64,000 nt of DNA from Blastocystis sp. Blastoise. Taxonomy: Eukaryota > Protista > Bigyra: Opalinata. The DNA lies in the NCBI GenBank assembly GCA_039096225.1, contig JBBPEB010000027.1:496001-560000 (forward strand). The letters run 5' to 3'. Of the stretch, positions 35,197-57,793 are shown piece by piece (the stretch's first letter is position 1; every line of letters starts with the position of its first letter). The position numbers were made by a program, and so were the translations under genes. Under the pieces are notes generated by a model. The model had not been told where the DNA came from, did no database searches, and worked only from the letters and a program-made list of their open reading frames with translations.

Positions 35197-35486
35197 ATTA
35201 TTAAGAATAAATAATGTTTTTAAGAAAAAGCAAGTTCTTTTTTACATACCTAACGTATTTTTCGGTTTATTCTTAAAAAGAACAAAGAATGTCGAATTAA
35301 TCGTTATTATTCTCTTTTTTGCTTATAATACCAGAAAATACCGATCGACAATTGTTGTCCATCATTTTTTTTGAAAGAACATCAAAATTGTTTTTTTTTA
35401 TAAAGGTTTCTGATTATTCATTTGAACTAATTTTCATTAGTCCATTTATAACTCTATAAACTCTTAAATAATACTATCTTTTCAAG

Positions 35487-36384
35487 ATGAGTCAACCTAC
35501 TACTAAGGCTTCCAATAAATATCATTCTCTTCTTTATGCCGTGAGTGAAGATAATAATTTTGATGTTTCCTTCACCTTCACAAAACCTACTAGACGTTTC
35601 AACTGGGCTGAAGCTGCTTCTGAAACTGAAGAAGAAGTTGAAACTACTCCTGTTGAAGTTGTCGCTGAAAAAGTTGAAGAAGTTGAAGTTGAAGCTCCTG
35701 TTGTTGAAGCTCCAGTCAAGCCCGCTAAGGCTGCTAATAAACCTGCTAGCGATAAGAAGAAAGCCTTAAGCAAGAAAGAACTTCAAAAACTCAAGAAACA
35801 GAAGGAACAAGAAGAATTTGATAAATTACTTAATTCTGTTGCTACTGATGATATATATATGTATTATATATGTGCTTCATTATGACTAAATATCTAAATT
35901 CTTTTATCATTATGATAAATATTTATTTTTAATGAACATATTAGATCATTAAACTGTTTACAATGAAATTTATTTATATATTATGTAAATATATTGATAC
36001 TACTCCTGTTGAAAAAGCCCCTAAATCTAGTAAGAAATCAAATGCTTCCAAGAAGGTTGAAAATGAAGTTGATAGTATTCTTGCTGAAGCTGATAGTCTT
36101 CTTGCTGATATGACCCCTAAAGATACTAACTCTGTATATAATAATAATAATAATAATATATAAAAATATATAATAATAATAATAAACTATATAATAAAAT
36201 ATATAATAGTAATAGAATATATAATAAATTATATAATAATAATCATAGTAATCATTATAAACACTATCTATAGAAACCTAAGAGTGATAAGCCTATTAAT
36301 GATAATACTGCTAAGAAGGCTGCTGCTAAGATAGCTGAAGAAATTAAACAAAGAAAAGAACAAAAGAAGAAGGGTAAGAAGTAA
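35487..36384 (+). CDS. Lys/Glu/Ala-rich protein of unknown function, 3 exons
   Basis: Strong codon bias (GCT/GAA/AAG/GTT); ALSKKELQKLKKQKEQEEFDKLL; ORFs 35487 and 35963 plus last exon 36273-36384. Intron 1 boundaries are non-canonical or uncertain. Confidence 0.8.
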
Positions 36385-36852
36385 ATTTGTAAAATATTAT
36401 GTTTTTAAATAAAGAATATATATTTACATACTGGGGTTGTTTCATTTGCATACTTCTACTGTCCTTTTTTTAATCATATTGTTTGGTAATCATTTTAATA
36501 GATTCATTTTAAATCAATTCTTAGTTAATACAAAGTAAAATACAATTAACAATTTTATAGTTATTAAAAATAATTATTTATTATTGTATTTATTTGCTTT
36601 AGTCCAATAGATTAGAAATATCATAAACAAAACAAAACTTAATCTAACAGTAATTTCAGTTACGCTAAACACAGAGAAAAATTCTATAATATTAATAAAA
36701 AACAATTATAGAACAATCTGTAAACGAATCAAAAAACTAAGAAAATAGTTTTGAATGATTTTTTACAACAAATAAATAAAATAAAATAAAAAATATATAT
36801 TATAGAAAAAACAAGAAATGAAAAAAAATTCAAAATAATTTTATATATCTTT

Positions 36853-39800
36853 TTACTTCTTTTCCTGAGGAATAGTAGGAATATCTTCAGTAGATTCTAT
36901 AGGTGAAATAATAGGAGAAATAATAGGAGAAGCAATAGGAGATAGAGTTCCTTCAGGAATGACTTTGGGTTGTTTACAACGTATTTCTCCAGTATATCCT
37001 TTAACCATAGTATAAAGATTGGGATCATTAGCAGCTTCAACCATACCACTGAATATACTATTAGGATTATTTAATAGATTAAGAGGAGTATCAAATTCAG
37101 CAACTATACCTTTGTCCATGACACATACTCTGTCACTATCCATAATAGTATTCAAACGATGAGCAATAGTTAATACAGTACAATTAACAAATTGTTTACG
37201 AATCATAGTTTGTAAGAATCCATCAGTTTCATTATCTAAAGAAGCAGTAGCTTCATCCATAATTAATACCTTAGGTCTCTTTAATAAAGCTCTAGCCATA
37301 CATATAAGTTGACGTTGACCAACAGAGAAATTACTACCTCCTTCATGAACATCACCATCTAATTTACCAGGTAAAGCATCAATAGCTTCTTTTAATTCTA
37401 CTTCTTCTAATACTCTCCAAATCTCTTCATCACTTGATTCATTAAAAGGATCTAAATTAAAACGAACAGAAGCACTAAATAATACAGGATCTTGAGGAAT
37501 AATACATAAATGACGACGAACATCTTCTAAACCAATATCTTCTAATTTTATATTATCCATATATATAGCACCTCCACAACATTCACTTATTCTAAATAAA
37601 CCTACCATAAGACTACTTTTACCTGCACCTGTTCTGCCTACAACACCTACTTTCTCCATAGGATGAATATCCATATTCACACCTTTTAATACTTTAGGAC
37701 CATTTCTATATCTCATTTCAAAGTTATCAAATTTAATAGCACCCTCAGTAGGCCAATTTTCAGGAGGTCTATGATCCTCTAGTATCATAGGAGGTTCAGG
37801 TTCAACAGTATCTATATAATATTTAACTCTTTCAACACTATTCATTTGAGCTTCTAATTGTGCTGTGATTCTAGTCCATTGTTTAAGAGTATTACCAAGA
37901 GAAGAAGAAGCATTTAAAGCAATACCTAAAAGACTAGCAGATAAAACACCTTTCAAGCTATTCGATAAAATAGCAATAATAAATGAGACAAAAGCTAAAA
38001 GAGTTTCACTTCTAAAAGTTAACCAGCAAGATAACATTTGGAATATAACTTGTCTATGATTATTAGTATAAATTCTTCCTTCCATCTTATCAATAAAACG
38101 TTTTTGATGACCATAAGCACGAATAGTAGGAGCACCAGAAAGAACAGCTTGGAAATCTTCGAAGATAGGAGAACGAGAAACAGATTCGAGTCTTTGAACA
38201 TCCGTATTAGCTCTCATAAAATAGGATTGTAAAACAAAGAAAATAACAAGAATAACAATTAATACTGGAATCATAATACCATTTGTAGTAATACATATTT
38301 GTACAATATATCCAAGAAGAGCAAACAAGAAAGATACAAATTGATTGATTGTTTGTGGTAATTGATTATCTATCATATCCATATCTTTATTAAATCTATT
38401 TAAAATTCTACCTACAGGAGTAATATCATGGAAAGCAACAGGTGCAGACATAATAACTTCACTTAAATCTTTATGAGTATTTTTAGAAGCATTAATTTTT
38501 CCAGGAACAAGTGTTATACCTTTTAGAATATAACATAAACAAATACCAATAATAATATAACCATAAATAGAGATATAATAGTTATTCGAATCAGAACATT
38601 CAATAGAAGTTGTATTATAAGTAGCACAAGTTTGATCTTCAGACCAATTAGAAAGCCAAAATTGATTATAAACAGTACCTACTTGACTAATAGCAAAGAA
38701 TAAAACTAATAATATCATTAAGAACCATCCATATTTCTTGATATAATAAGTATAAACTGATATAGGTATAGATCCTTTTTCTTGTTCTTCTTGTTCAACT
38801 AAACCACCAGTCTTTTTATCATCAGTTTGTTTTTCATTATTATCATTCTTATTGGATTTATTATCTTTTACAGACATAGTTTTCATAGAAGTCATCATAG
38901 ATGTAGTTCCTCTTCCACCTTGAACTTCTTCTAAAACATCTATATTTTGAGCTTTTAATTCTTCCCAAGTACCTTGGGCTTCTATACAATTATCTCCTAA
39001 TAATACAATATAATCACATTTAGGTAAATATTGAAGAGCATTGGTAACAAGTATACGAGTCTTTCCAGTTAATTCAGTCTTAATACATTTATTAAATAAA
39101 TATTTACCAACATGAGCATCAACAGCAGCAATAGGATCATCCATAATAACTATATCTGTATCACTATATACACAACGAGCTAAACCAATTCTAGCTTTTT
39201 GACCACCAGAAAGATTAATACCACGATCTCCAATTTCACACATTTCACCACCTTTTAATACCTTTAAATCATCTTCCATACAACATACATGTAAAGCACG
39301 TTTATATCTTTCTTCTTCGAATTCTTTACCAAATAAAATATTACCTCGAACAGTATCATTAACCATCCATGCTTGTTGAGAAGCAAAAGAAACAGAACCA
39401 TTTAATATACAACAACCACTATTCTTTGTCATTTCACCAATAAGAGCAGAAACAAAAGAAGTCTTACCACTTCCCACTCTACCCACTACTGCTACTAATG
39501 AACCTTTCTTAACCTATATATATTATTATTATTATTATATGGATTATATTATTTATATAATAATAATAAAAACAATTTTTTATATAATAAAAAAAATATC
39601 ATATAAAATAATAAATATAATAATTACCTTTAAATTAATATTTCTAAGAATATTATCTCCATTACCCCAAGCAAAGGAACCATCTTCAATATATATAGCA
39701 TCTTCATTTGAATTATAATTATGAATTTTCTTCTTTTGACCATTTTCATCTTCAAATTCAATAGAATCAGATTTTGTTAAATTACGATAAACTAAGGAAT

Positions 39801-41224
39801 CATCAACTTCATCTAATGATAAGAAGTGATTAATACGTTTTAAAGAAACATTAAATTGAATTAACATCATAAGACACATAGGTAACAACATAAATGGTAC
39901 TTTTAATATATCAAAATAAGATAAAAGTGTATAAATAACAGAAGGACGAAGAGATTCACCAGTAACTGAAGGATAAATAGCAAAAATAACAAAAGGAATA
40001 AGATAAGGAATAATTTGTAAAAGAATATCCATAGCAACTGTCATCAACCAACTCATATTAGCTAATTGTTTCAATTCTTTTTCACGTATTTCATCTATTT
40101 TACGTAAGAAAGGTTTTTCCCAACAATAGTATTTAATTACACGAATACCTATTAACACTTCATTTAATAATTTAATACGACCATCAGTTAATAATAATCC
40201 TTTTTCTCTGAAGTTTCTAGCAAACATGGCAGCAACTACTTGAATAATTAACATAACTACAAGTAAAGCAACAGCAATCCACGTCATCCAACCAATAATT
40301 TGATATATCATGACAATAGCAACAATCATTAATATAGGAGCACTTATGGTAATAAGTAAAAATACTGAGAATTGTTGAAGAAGATTTGTATCGGTACTCA
40401 TAATATTAACAAGTTGACCAGTAGAAGTGGAACCTTTAGCAGTAGATGTTAAACATAAAGCTTTACGATAAATAGCTTCAGAAGCCATAGATTTCATTTG
40501 AACACCAATTCGAACCATTAATAGTTGAGAAAGTGAGTTAAAATATGCGGATATAACTGGAACAATTAGAAGAAGAACAGTATAAATCCAACGTGTAGTA
40601 TCAGTCATATATTCTTCTTCACCCGTATACTCTAAATCTGTTACTAATTGTTGTAATATCATTGTGGGAACAAATCCAAGGACAATATTGATAAGAGAAA
40701 CAATGACTGAAGCAAACCTACGTTATAATTAAAATAAGAAAAACATGAAATAATAAACTAATATTAAAACATACCATTTCCAAAGGTTTGTAGCTTTTGT
40801 AACAGCAGCAAACAAACTCCTTTGATCTGCTGGCTTCTTCATTTCCTTTTCGTAATAGAACATAAACTTGTCATAAAGACGTTTAGGCTCATCAGCAGGA
40901 TAATAACCACCAAGATCTTCAGCAGTCAATGAGACTTTTTTGTTCTTATAAATCATTTTTGACAGATATCCAAGCCTATATAATTTAGAAATAATAGAAC
41001 ACATAAATAAAAACAATTCTAGAAGTTTATAAAAATAAAAAATGTACATTGGTTTCGTAAAACAGTTTGATCTGGATTCAAAACACTTTAAATCTTTCAA
41101 CTCAGAAGGTGGAGTATTCAATGTAGTATTCTATACAACTTATAAGAAAAGAAAAACACACAAATCATACATCATTCTTTGAACCATCTTTTTTGACTTC
41201 AGGCATTTCAATACTTTCTTTCAT
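36853..41224 (-). CDS. ABC transporter, subfamily C (short MRP type, TMD1-NBD1-TMD2-NBD2)
   Basis: GRVGSGKTS, GDRGINLSGGQKARI, IKYYCWE, TPVGRILNRF, SVERV, WPTEG, GRTGAGKSSL, NFSVGQRQLICMARA, DEATAS, TIAHRL; four GT-AG introns. Confidence 0.96.
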
Positions 41225-42689
41225 TTTGTTTTTACTAATGTTTTGACAATGTAAAAAAAATATATGCTGATAAATGAATGCAAAGAATTCAAACTGAAAA
41301 CACACAAAATGAAGTCAGAAAATCATTGATTGGCTAGTAATAATGTTAGAATTCTATTTCATTCTTAAAAAAATACATTTGCTTCTGTTTCATTGACCGT
41401 TGTTTCTAAAGAATTCTCTGAAGATATTTTCTATCTTGAAGATAACTGAAAACACAACAATTGTTCAGTTGTTTCAAACTTCTACTCTTCTAATTCTAGA
41501 ATTTCTTGTTGTATGATAAGAACTCCTCTAATTTTTCTCTGGAATGAATTTTTTTGTATTCGTTTCTTTCTAGAAGGAAAACTAATTACAATTCTATTGG
41601 TTGTGTTTTCTTTAATTTATTAATATAAATATAGAAGCTTTTAATGGTTTCAGAAGATGCCATTCATTTAGTGATTACAAAAAATAATTCTATAATATGA
41701 ATAATAATAAATATGAATATGATTTATAAATCTTATATATAAATAAAGGCAAAAATAAATACTGTTTTATAAATTGATTTCAAGAAACTTGTTATGATTG
41801 GAAAAAAAATATTACGTTAGTTATGAATACTTGAGAATATTTTGAAGAAATCTATATTATAAATTTTAGAAACGCTCAAATGATAAAATTATAAGAGAAT
41901 AGTAATAAAAATTGGTAAATTGTTAATTTGAAATTTTATATACATCTTTATGATATTATTTTGATTATAACTATAGATGAGTTAACTATAACTTATAAAG
42001 ATCTATTAAATAGACATTATACATGAGAGAACACAAGGGAATTAATAACAATTCTAAAAACATGTAAATTAGAATAATATAGTATGCGAAATAACTATAC
42101 ACATACATAGGAAAAATAGGGAGAATATAAATAATATACATATATACAAGTTTTCAATATTTTCATCATTTCATTATATAAAAATAACTAATATAGCAAA
42201 TAAATATGCATAACATTAGATGAAAAATAAAATTATAATTAAATGTCTGGAATATTCCTTAGTAATTAAGCATCGATAATAAAAAATGATCATAGAAAAA
42301 GGACTTTATCGTTTAATAAATTATAAAATTATAGAAATAGCAACCTAAAGCATATTTAAATAAAGATAAATCAATTAAACACAAGAATCCATTCAATGAT
42401 AATTAAAAGACTATTCAACACTTAATCTTGTTTACAATGATATATAGAGCATTTTGCGACTATTTTAATGCAGACTATCTATCATGAGAGAAAGATAATG
42501 ATAAATGAAAATGAAAAGAATATGATATTCTTAGTTTCATGAAAAATAAAAGATATATAGACATAATGTGAATTTAATCGTGGGAAGAGGTATTTAAAGA
42601 TTTTTTTAATCATTTCACATTCATTTCAATAATAAAGTTGAGTTTTTGTTCTTCTTTTAAATTTATATTATATTTAAAAATATCTAGAA

Positions 42690-45017
42690 ATGTTTAAGAG
42701 AATTGCTCGTATTGCTATGGGTAGCGAAATAGCAAAAAGTTATGATGTTGATGATAAACCAATTGCTACAGGTGGTCCTTCTTTCTGCTATAAGGTATGT
42801 AGTATCATATATTATTATTTGATGGCTGCTGTGAGTAAAACTGTTTTATTTAGGTTTATTCAGGTACTAAAAGAAGTACTGGAGAAGATGTTTCTTTGTT
42901 TATCTTTAGATTCGATACTGTTGCTGACATGGAAAAGAATGATAGAGAGAATTTTATAAATATTGTTCGTCAAGATATTAAGAAGATGACAATGTATGTG
43001 TTTTTCTATAGTTATTTTATTTTTTTTTAATTTTATATTTTTTTTTATTGTTGAAAAGCTGATTTATTTTTAAAGCTTATTATTATTACTATAGGTTACG
43101 TCATCCTTATACTTTAAAGATGATTGAAGTTATTCCTGAAAATAAAAAAGAATTAGCATTTGTAACTGAACCTGTTGTTTGTTCTTTAGCCAATATGTGT
43201 AATGATTTTGAACATTTACCTCCAGATTGCATTAAGAATGACATACGTCTTAAAGCATTATCACCTTTTGAAATTACTTGTGGATTAGTATGTGTTTATA
43301 TATTATTATTATTATTATTTTTAAATTTTTTATTACTATTATTATTATTTAATATTATATATATTATATATATTGTATAATTTATACCTAGAACTTATTA
43401 TTATTTAATATTATATATATTGTATAATTCATATTTATTATTTATTTATTATTATTATTTAATAGTATTATATATATTGTATAATTCATATTTATAATTT
43501 ATTTATTATTATTATTTAATAATATTATATATATATAGATGCATATGACAGAAGCTATAAGTTTTTTACATAATGCTGCTAAATTAGTTCATCTTGATTT
43601 ATCACCTGAAAATATCTGGATTACGACTGATGGTAGCTGGAAATTAGCTGGCTTTGGTTTCTCTCAAAGTGGTGAAGGAACAAATACCTTTAAAACATTT
43701 ATTAATTCTGGAAAACAAGTATATATTATAGATTTATTATTATATATTATTAATATATATTTCTTATTATAAACTTATGATTTAATATATATACTTTTTG
43801 TAATGTTTTTTTCTTATTCTTTTTCTTCTTTTTATTATTATAAATGTATCTATTATATATATAAAGGAAGGTAATGAATATGTATGTACTCCTAATTTAA
43901 ATTATGCTGCTCCCGAATTAACAACTGAACCCTGCTATTTCTCGTATAGTGCAGATATGTGGTCCTTTGGCTGTATTTCGTGGGAATTATTCACTTTAGG
44001 ACAAAAAGCTGATGGTACTACTCAAAAACTTATTGAAGTTCCTGATAAAAATCCTCTTACTCATGCTTATAAGGTATTTTTATAGGCTATTATTATTATT
44101 ATTATTTAATGTTATTGTGTTAGTATTATTATTTATTATTATTATTTAATATTATTATTATTATTGTCTTAATATTATTATTTTAATATTATTTTTTTAA
44201 TATTATTTTTTTAATATTATTATTTTAATATTATTATTTTAATATTATTATTTTAATATTATTATTTTAATATTATTATTTTAATATTATTATTTTAATA
44301 TTATTATTTAATATTATTATTATTATTGTCTTAATCTTATTATTTTAATATTATTTTTTTAATATTATTTTTTTAATATTATTATATCTATACTCTTACA
44401 GTTTATTATGTATAATTAAAACACTGTTCTCTGTCTTACATTACTATTATAAATAATTTACGTATAATATATATATATAGGTAAATTCAATTTATCCTTT
44501 ATCTCTTGATAATATTCCAAATTTATTCCAAGATACAGTTCGTTGTGAATTAAGTAAAATATCCGATATGCGTATATCTATAGAAGGAGTAAATAATTGC
44601 AAATTCTTTACTTCTGGTCCTGTTCATACAATGAAATCATTAGAAAAGATTTTAGAATGTTCTGAAGAAGAACAAATTGAAATATTAACATCTTTACGAT
44701 CTGCTTTAGGTCCATTTCCTACTTATTTATTAAGTTCTATGGTATTACCTAAATTAGATGAATTATCACATATAACTACATTTGCACCTTATTTATTACC
44801 TTGTTTATTATTTATTGCTGATCAATTAGATCAAACAGTATTTCAAAATAAAATTGAATCTATACTTATACCTTTAATGCAACTTACTACTCCTCCTGAA
44901 CTTGTTACTAAGATATATATTAATTGTATTGAATACATGGAATGTCTTGTCAAGAAAGTATATTATTATGATTATTTTATTTATTATGTTTATTATGTTT
45001 TGTTATGTTTTTATTAT

Positions 45018-45050
<33 letters not shown>

Positions 45051-48000
45051 TTATTATTATTATTATTATTATTTTGTTATTATTATTATTTTATTTACCT
45101 TATAACTATAGTAATAATATTATATATATACATATATATATAGGGAAGTAAGACCTTTATTCAATCTGCATTGATTCCTTTGATTATAAAGTCTCTTAAT
45201 TGTAATATGCCTCAAATACAATTACCTTTATTAGATAAATATGTATATATATATAACATATAACATATATTATTATATATTATTATTATTATTCTCTAGG
45301 CTATGCTTATGAAAACATTACCTATTAAAAGTGTTAAGAGTGAATTATTCCCACGGTATTTTTTTACATTTTATTATTCATTCTATATATTTATATATTT
45401 TTTATATATATTTCTTAATATTTCTTTTTGTTTATAATAATTAATTAATTAATTAATAATAATTATATATTTATAGTTTACAAAAGACTATTTTAGAGAA
45501 TCAACAGATTACTATTCGTCTGAAATGTATTAATATCCTTAAAGAAACTTATTCATTATTTGATAAACAAACAGTTACTAAAGAAGTACTAGATGTGTTA
45601 AAGAAAGTATATATATATGTAATATTTAATGTATATAGTATTGTTTTATTATTATTTAATTATATATTTATTATTATTATATATATATATGTATAGGTAT
45701 TAGCTAGTGATCGTAATCCTGATATTATTATGGAGACTTTATATACATATACAGCTGTCTCTTCTTTCTTAGGTATATTATTATATTATTATTATTTATT
45801 ATTCTTATTACTATTTATTATTCTTATTACTTTTTATTATTCTTGTTACTATTATTATTTATTGTTCTATTTATTATTTATTGTTCTATTTATTATTCTT
45901 GTTACTATTATTATTTACTGTTCTATTTACTGTTCTATTTATTGTTCTATTTATTATTCTTGCTACTATTATTATTTATTGTTCTATTTACTGTTCTATT
46001 TATACTTATTATTATATATAGGTAGTAATGCTACATGTCAATTAATATTACCTAAAGTTGTTTATTTATTAGGGGAAGAATCTCTTTCTGAACCTCAAGT
46101 ATATATATATATAATAGTATAATTATTTATTAGTTTTTTAACAATATTATTTCTAATGAATATACTATAGAATAATACTATTATTAATACTCTTATTAAT
46201 TATATATATATTATAGTTTGATAAGATGATTGAATGTATCCATGAAATGATGGATTTAGTTATAAAAGAAAAGAAAGAATATTTCAAACAAGCCGATTAT
46301 ATAGCTAAACAGAAGAAGAAGGAACAAGAAGAAAAAGAAAAAGAAGCTGCCAAACTTAGAGAAGAAGCTCTTAATCCTACTTGTATATTTATATGGTTAT
46401 ATTATTGTTATTATTATCTTAATTTTTTTTGTTTTATTATTATAAAAAATGAACATATGAGTAAATCTGTTTTTTTTTTATTATTATTTTTAATATCTTG
46501 ATTTATTAAATATAATTATCATATTTTTATCCTCTATATATATATATGTATATGTATATATAGCTTTTGAACAGCCTAAGATGCCTAATACTCCTGTTGA
46601 TACTTCGTGTTTTGATGGATTACATCATGCTAAACAAGATGATACTACTACTACTAAAGCTACTACTACTACTACTACTAGTATTGATAATAATAATGAT
46701 AATAATGATAATAATGTTATGTCTTCAGATCCATTTAGTGCTGCTACTCAAACTAATTCTTCTTCTCTTAGTGGTATGTCTATGGGAGGAGATATGTTTG
46801 GTGATATGTCCTCATCTACTAAGACTGAAAAACCTGCTTTATCTGGTATGTCTATGGGAGGTGATATGTTTGGAGATATGTCCTCTTCCTCTTCCTCTAA
46901 ATCTACTAAGACTGAAAAACCTGCTTTATCTGGTATGTCTATGGGAGGTGATATGTTTGGAGATATGTCCTCATCTTCTAAACCTGCTTCTAAACCTGCT
47001 TCTAAACCTGCCTTAAGTGGTATGTCTATGGGAGGTGATATGTTTGGAGATATGTCATCCTCCTCTTCTTCCTCCTCTTCTTCTAAACCTGCTAGTAAGC
47101 CTGCTTTATCTGGTATGTCTATGGGAGGTGATATGTTTGGTGATATGGCCTCTTCTTCAAGTCCTAAAGTAGAAAAACCTGCTTTATCTGGTATGTCTAT
47201 GGGAGGAGATATGTTTGGTGATATGTCCTCATCCTCTAAATCTACTAAGACTGAAAAACCTTCTTTAGGTGGTATGTCTATGTCTATGGGAGGAGATATG
47301 TTTGGTGATATGTCATCTTCATCTACTAAGACTGAAAAACCATCTCTTACTGGTATGTCTATGGGAGGTGATATGTTTGGTGATATGTCATCTTCATCTA
47401 CTTCCTCTAAATCTACTAAGACTGAAAAACCTTCTTTAGGTGGTATGTCTATGTCTATGGGTGGAGATATGTTTGGTGATATGTCATCTTCTTCTTCTAC
47501 TACTTCTAAACCATCACTTGGTGGTATGTCTATGGGTATGGGTGGAGATATGTTTGGTGATATGTCTTCTTCATCTAAACCTGCTAAAGCTGAAAAGCCT
47601 GCCTTATCTGGTATGGGTATGTCTATGGGAGGTGATATGTTTGGTGATATGTCATCTTCTTCTTCTTCATCTAAACCTGTTAGTAAACCTTCTTTAGGTG
47701 GTATGTCTATGTCTGTGGGTGGAGATATGTTTGGTGATATGTCATCTTCTAATACTTCTTCTTCTCCTATGGGAGGTGATATGTTTGGTGATATATCCTC
47801 TTCTTCCTCTAAACCTACATCTAAACCTTCTTTAGGTGGTATGTCTATGGGTGGAGATATGTTTGGAGATATGTCATCTTCTTCTAAACCTATTAGTAAA
47901 CCTGCTTCTAAACCTTCTTTAGGTGGTATGTCTATGTCTATGGGTGGAGATATGTTTGGAGATATGTCTTCTACCTCTTCTTCCTCTAAATCAACTCCTA

Positions 48001-48209
48001 AACCTTCTTTAGGTGGTATGGGTATGGGTATGTCTATGGGTGGAGATATGTTTGGTAATATGTCATCCTCTACCTCTTCTTCTTCTCCTATGGGTGGAGA
48101 TATGTTTGGTAATATGTCTTCTTCAAATAATACAAAATCTAAACCTAAACCTTCTCTTGGGGGTATGGGTATGGGAATGGGAGGAGATATGTTTGGAGGA
48201 ATGTTCTAA
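42690..48209 (+). CDS. SCY1-like (SCYL2/CVAK104-like) pseudokinase-HEAT protein with a Met/Gly/Ser repeat tail
   Basis: IATGGP, LRHPYTLK, LAFVTEPVVCSLAN, FLHNAAKLVHLDLSPENIWIT..WKLAGFGF, PNLNYAAPE, DMWSFG, HEAT-like helices, coiled coil. ORF 46581..48209 joins in frame through acceptor 46563. Confidence 0.9.
46770..48206 (+). repeat. Coding minisatellite: 18 copies of GGDMFG(D/N/G) with Ser/Lys/Pro linkers
   Basis: Counted in the 542-aa ORF translation. Confidence 0.95.
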
Positions 48210-48540
48210 ATATATATCTATCTATCTATTTCTTTATCATCATTATTTATAATTATATAAATATATATATAGTTATATATATGATTATTCTATATTGTTA
48301 GTATTTTTTAAAAGACAACTATACATTCATTATTTTTATGAGTTCATTTATGTTCTTATACTTCTATTATTTCTTTTTCTTTGTAATCATTGTTTTGTTT
48401 ATCGATTTAGCCTTCGTTTTTTTTAATCATTCTTATGATTTATTGTTTTTGTTTCTTTTATTATGTAGTTAAAACAGTATCAACAACAACATCGTATATA
48501 CATCTATCAACTAAACAATACTACTATACTTCTCTAATTA

Positions 48541-49009
48541 CTATTTGATGATCATATCAGAGTTTTCAGTGTTTATTGTGTGATTAGGAATAGTTTTTGC
48601 TCTTTTATTTCGATTTATAATTGGTTTTCCAATTCGATCATTCTTTTTCTGGGTTACTCGTAAGTATTTTGGCTAAAAAACAGTAATTAAAAGTGTGTGT
48701 ATTTATAAGTAAAAAATACTTCATTTTTGATCAGAAATGCTAAGAAACCTTCTTTCTTGACATTAGCTGCAATTCTAGCCAATGATGCTAGTTCATAGGC
48801 TATTGGAATGGAAGAATGAGTATTGTAAATGCAAATTAACGCTACACTATGTTCTACTGTATCTTTATATATAATGTAATCAGTTCCAAACTTTGATCCT
48901 GATACCACATTGTAACCTCTAGAAGGTAGATTAGAAAAACATACAAAAATATGATTATATACTTCTTTATTAAGTCTTCATATATAATAGAATCTATATC
49001 TTCATTCAT
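48541..49009 (-). CDS. tRNA-splicing endonuclease catalytic subunit (Sen2/Sen34/EndA C-terminal domain), 3 exons, 125 aa
   Basis: IYEDLIKK|GYNVVSGSKFGTDYIIYK...HS...LASLARIAANVKKE with Tyr/His/Lys triad positions; exons 49009-48963, 48918-48720, 48672-48541. Confidence 0.85.
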
Positions 49010-49991
49010 AATATCAACAAATAAGAAAAATAAAACAATGACAAAATGAAACAAAACAAAATGGTAATTTTCACAGAAACATAAATAGATAATCATGAAT
49101 ATTGTTTTTTTTTTCTTATTCCTTTTCAAGGTCATTATCATCTGTTAAATAGTTAATAATCAGTTTTTTGTTTTTTTTAATGTATTACAATATATTTATC
49201 ATACCATTTTTGTCTTATCTCTTGAATGAATTTGTGATAAAATTATCTTTTACACACAATTTGCTATTTTGGGTGATATAAAGATATGCACGGATTCATC
49301 TTTGCATGATTATTATAATATTTTGTCTTTTTATTCATAAAAACATTTTTAGTATCATAAATAGAAAACATCTCTGTATATATATCATGTAAATCTCATG
49401 GACATCATGAATTTCATGCTATATTATATACAATGCATATTAGATAAGCATTTTACAAAAAATGATAATTTGGTGGCAAAAAGAACCGCCTTTTGAATCA
49501 AATAAAATAAAAAACGAGCATAAATGAGAAACACGAGAAAAAATGAATTATAAGCGTAAAGTATCATTTTTCAACGGAATCATTGTTTTAGATTTTGAAT
49601 AATTACATAAACTTTAAAAATAAAGAGCAAACGGAAATATTTTATTTTAAAGATAGAAGAGTTCAATAGAAAAGATAGAGATATCTATCGAGAAATTGCA
49701 ATTTTATGAAAATATCTGATATACACAATCTTTTTGATTTCCATTAAATCAAGTTATGATTCGTTTGATATGTTTTTTATAATAGTTCTATTCTATAAAT
49801 TGACCTAACGACGAAAAAAACCAAATAAGAGTCGGCATAGAAAAGAAAAAGAAATAGTCATGAAATAATCAAGAAATATAGAGATTCAAATATCAAAAAT
49901 CATGGGAATTTTTAACGAGAAAACTGTTTTGAGGTTTCAAAGCATTTTAATTTTCTTTTTGTATTCTGATTGATTGTGTTATCTGTTCGTG

Positions 49992-57793
<7,802 letters not shown>

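Noticed and set aside
45533-45540. ATATCCTT as a further U12 donor (also GTATCCTT on the minus strand near 21944-21951)
   Set aside because: Both lie within continuous, sensible coding frames that need no intron
46770-48206. CRISPR-like array (conserved repeat with variable spacers)
   Set aside because: Repeats vary at synonymous positions, spacers are related Ser/Lys/Pro codons in one open frame, the context is eukaryotic and there are no cas genes
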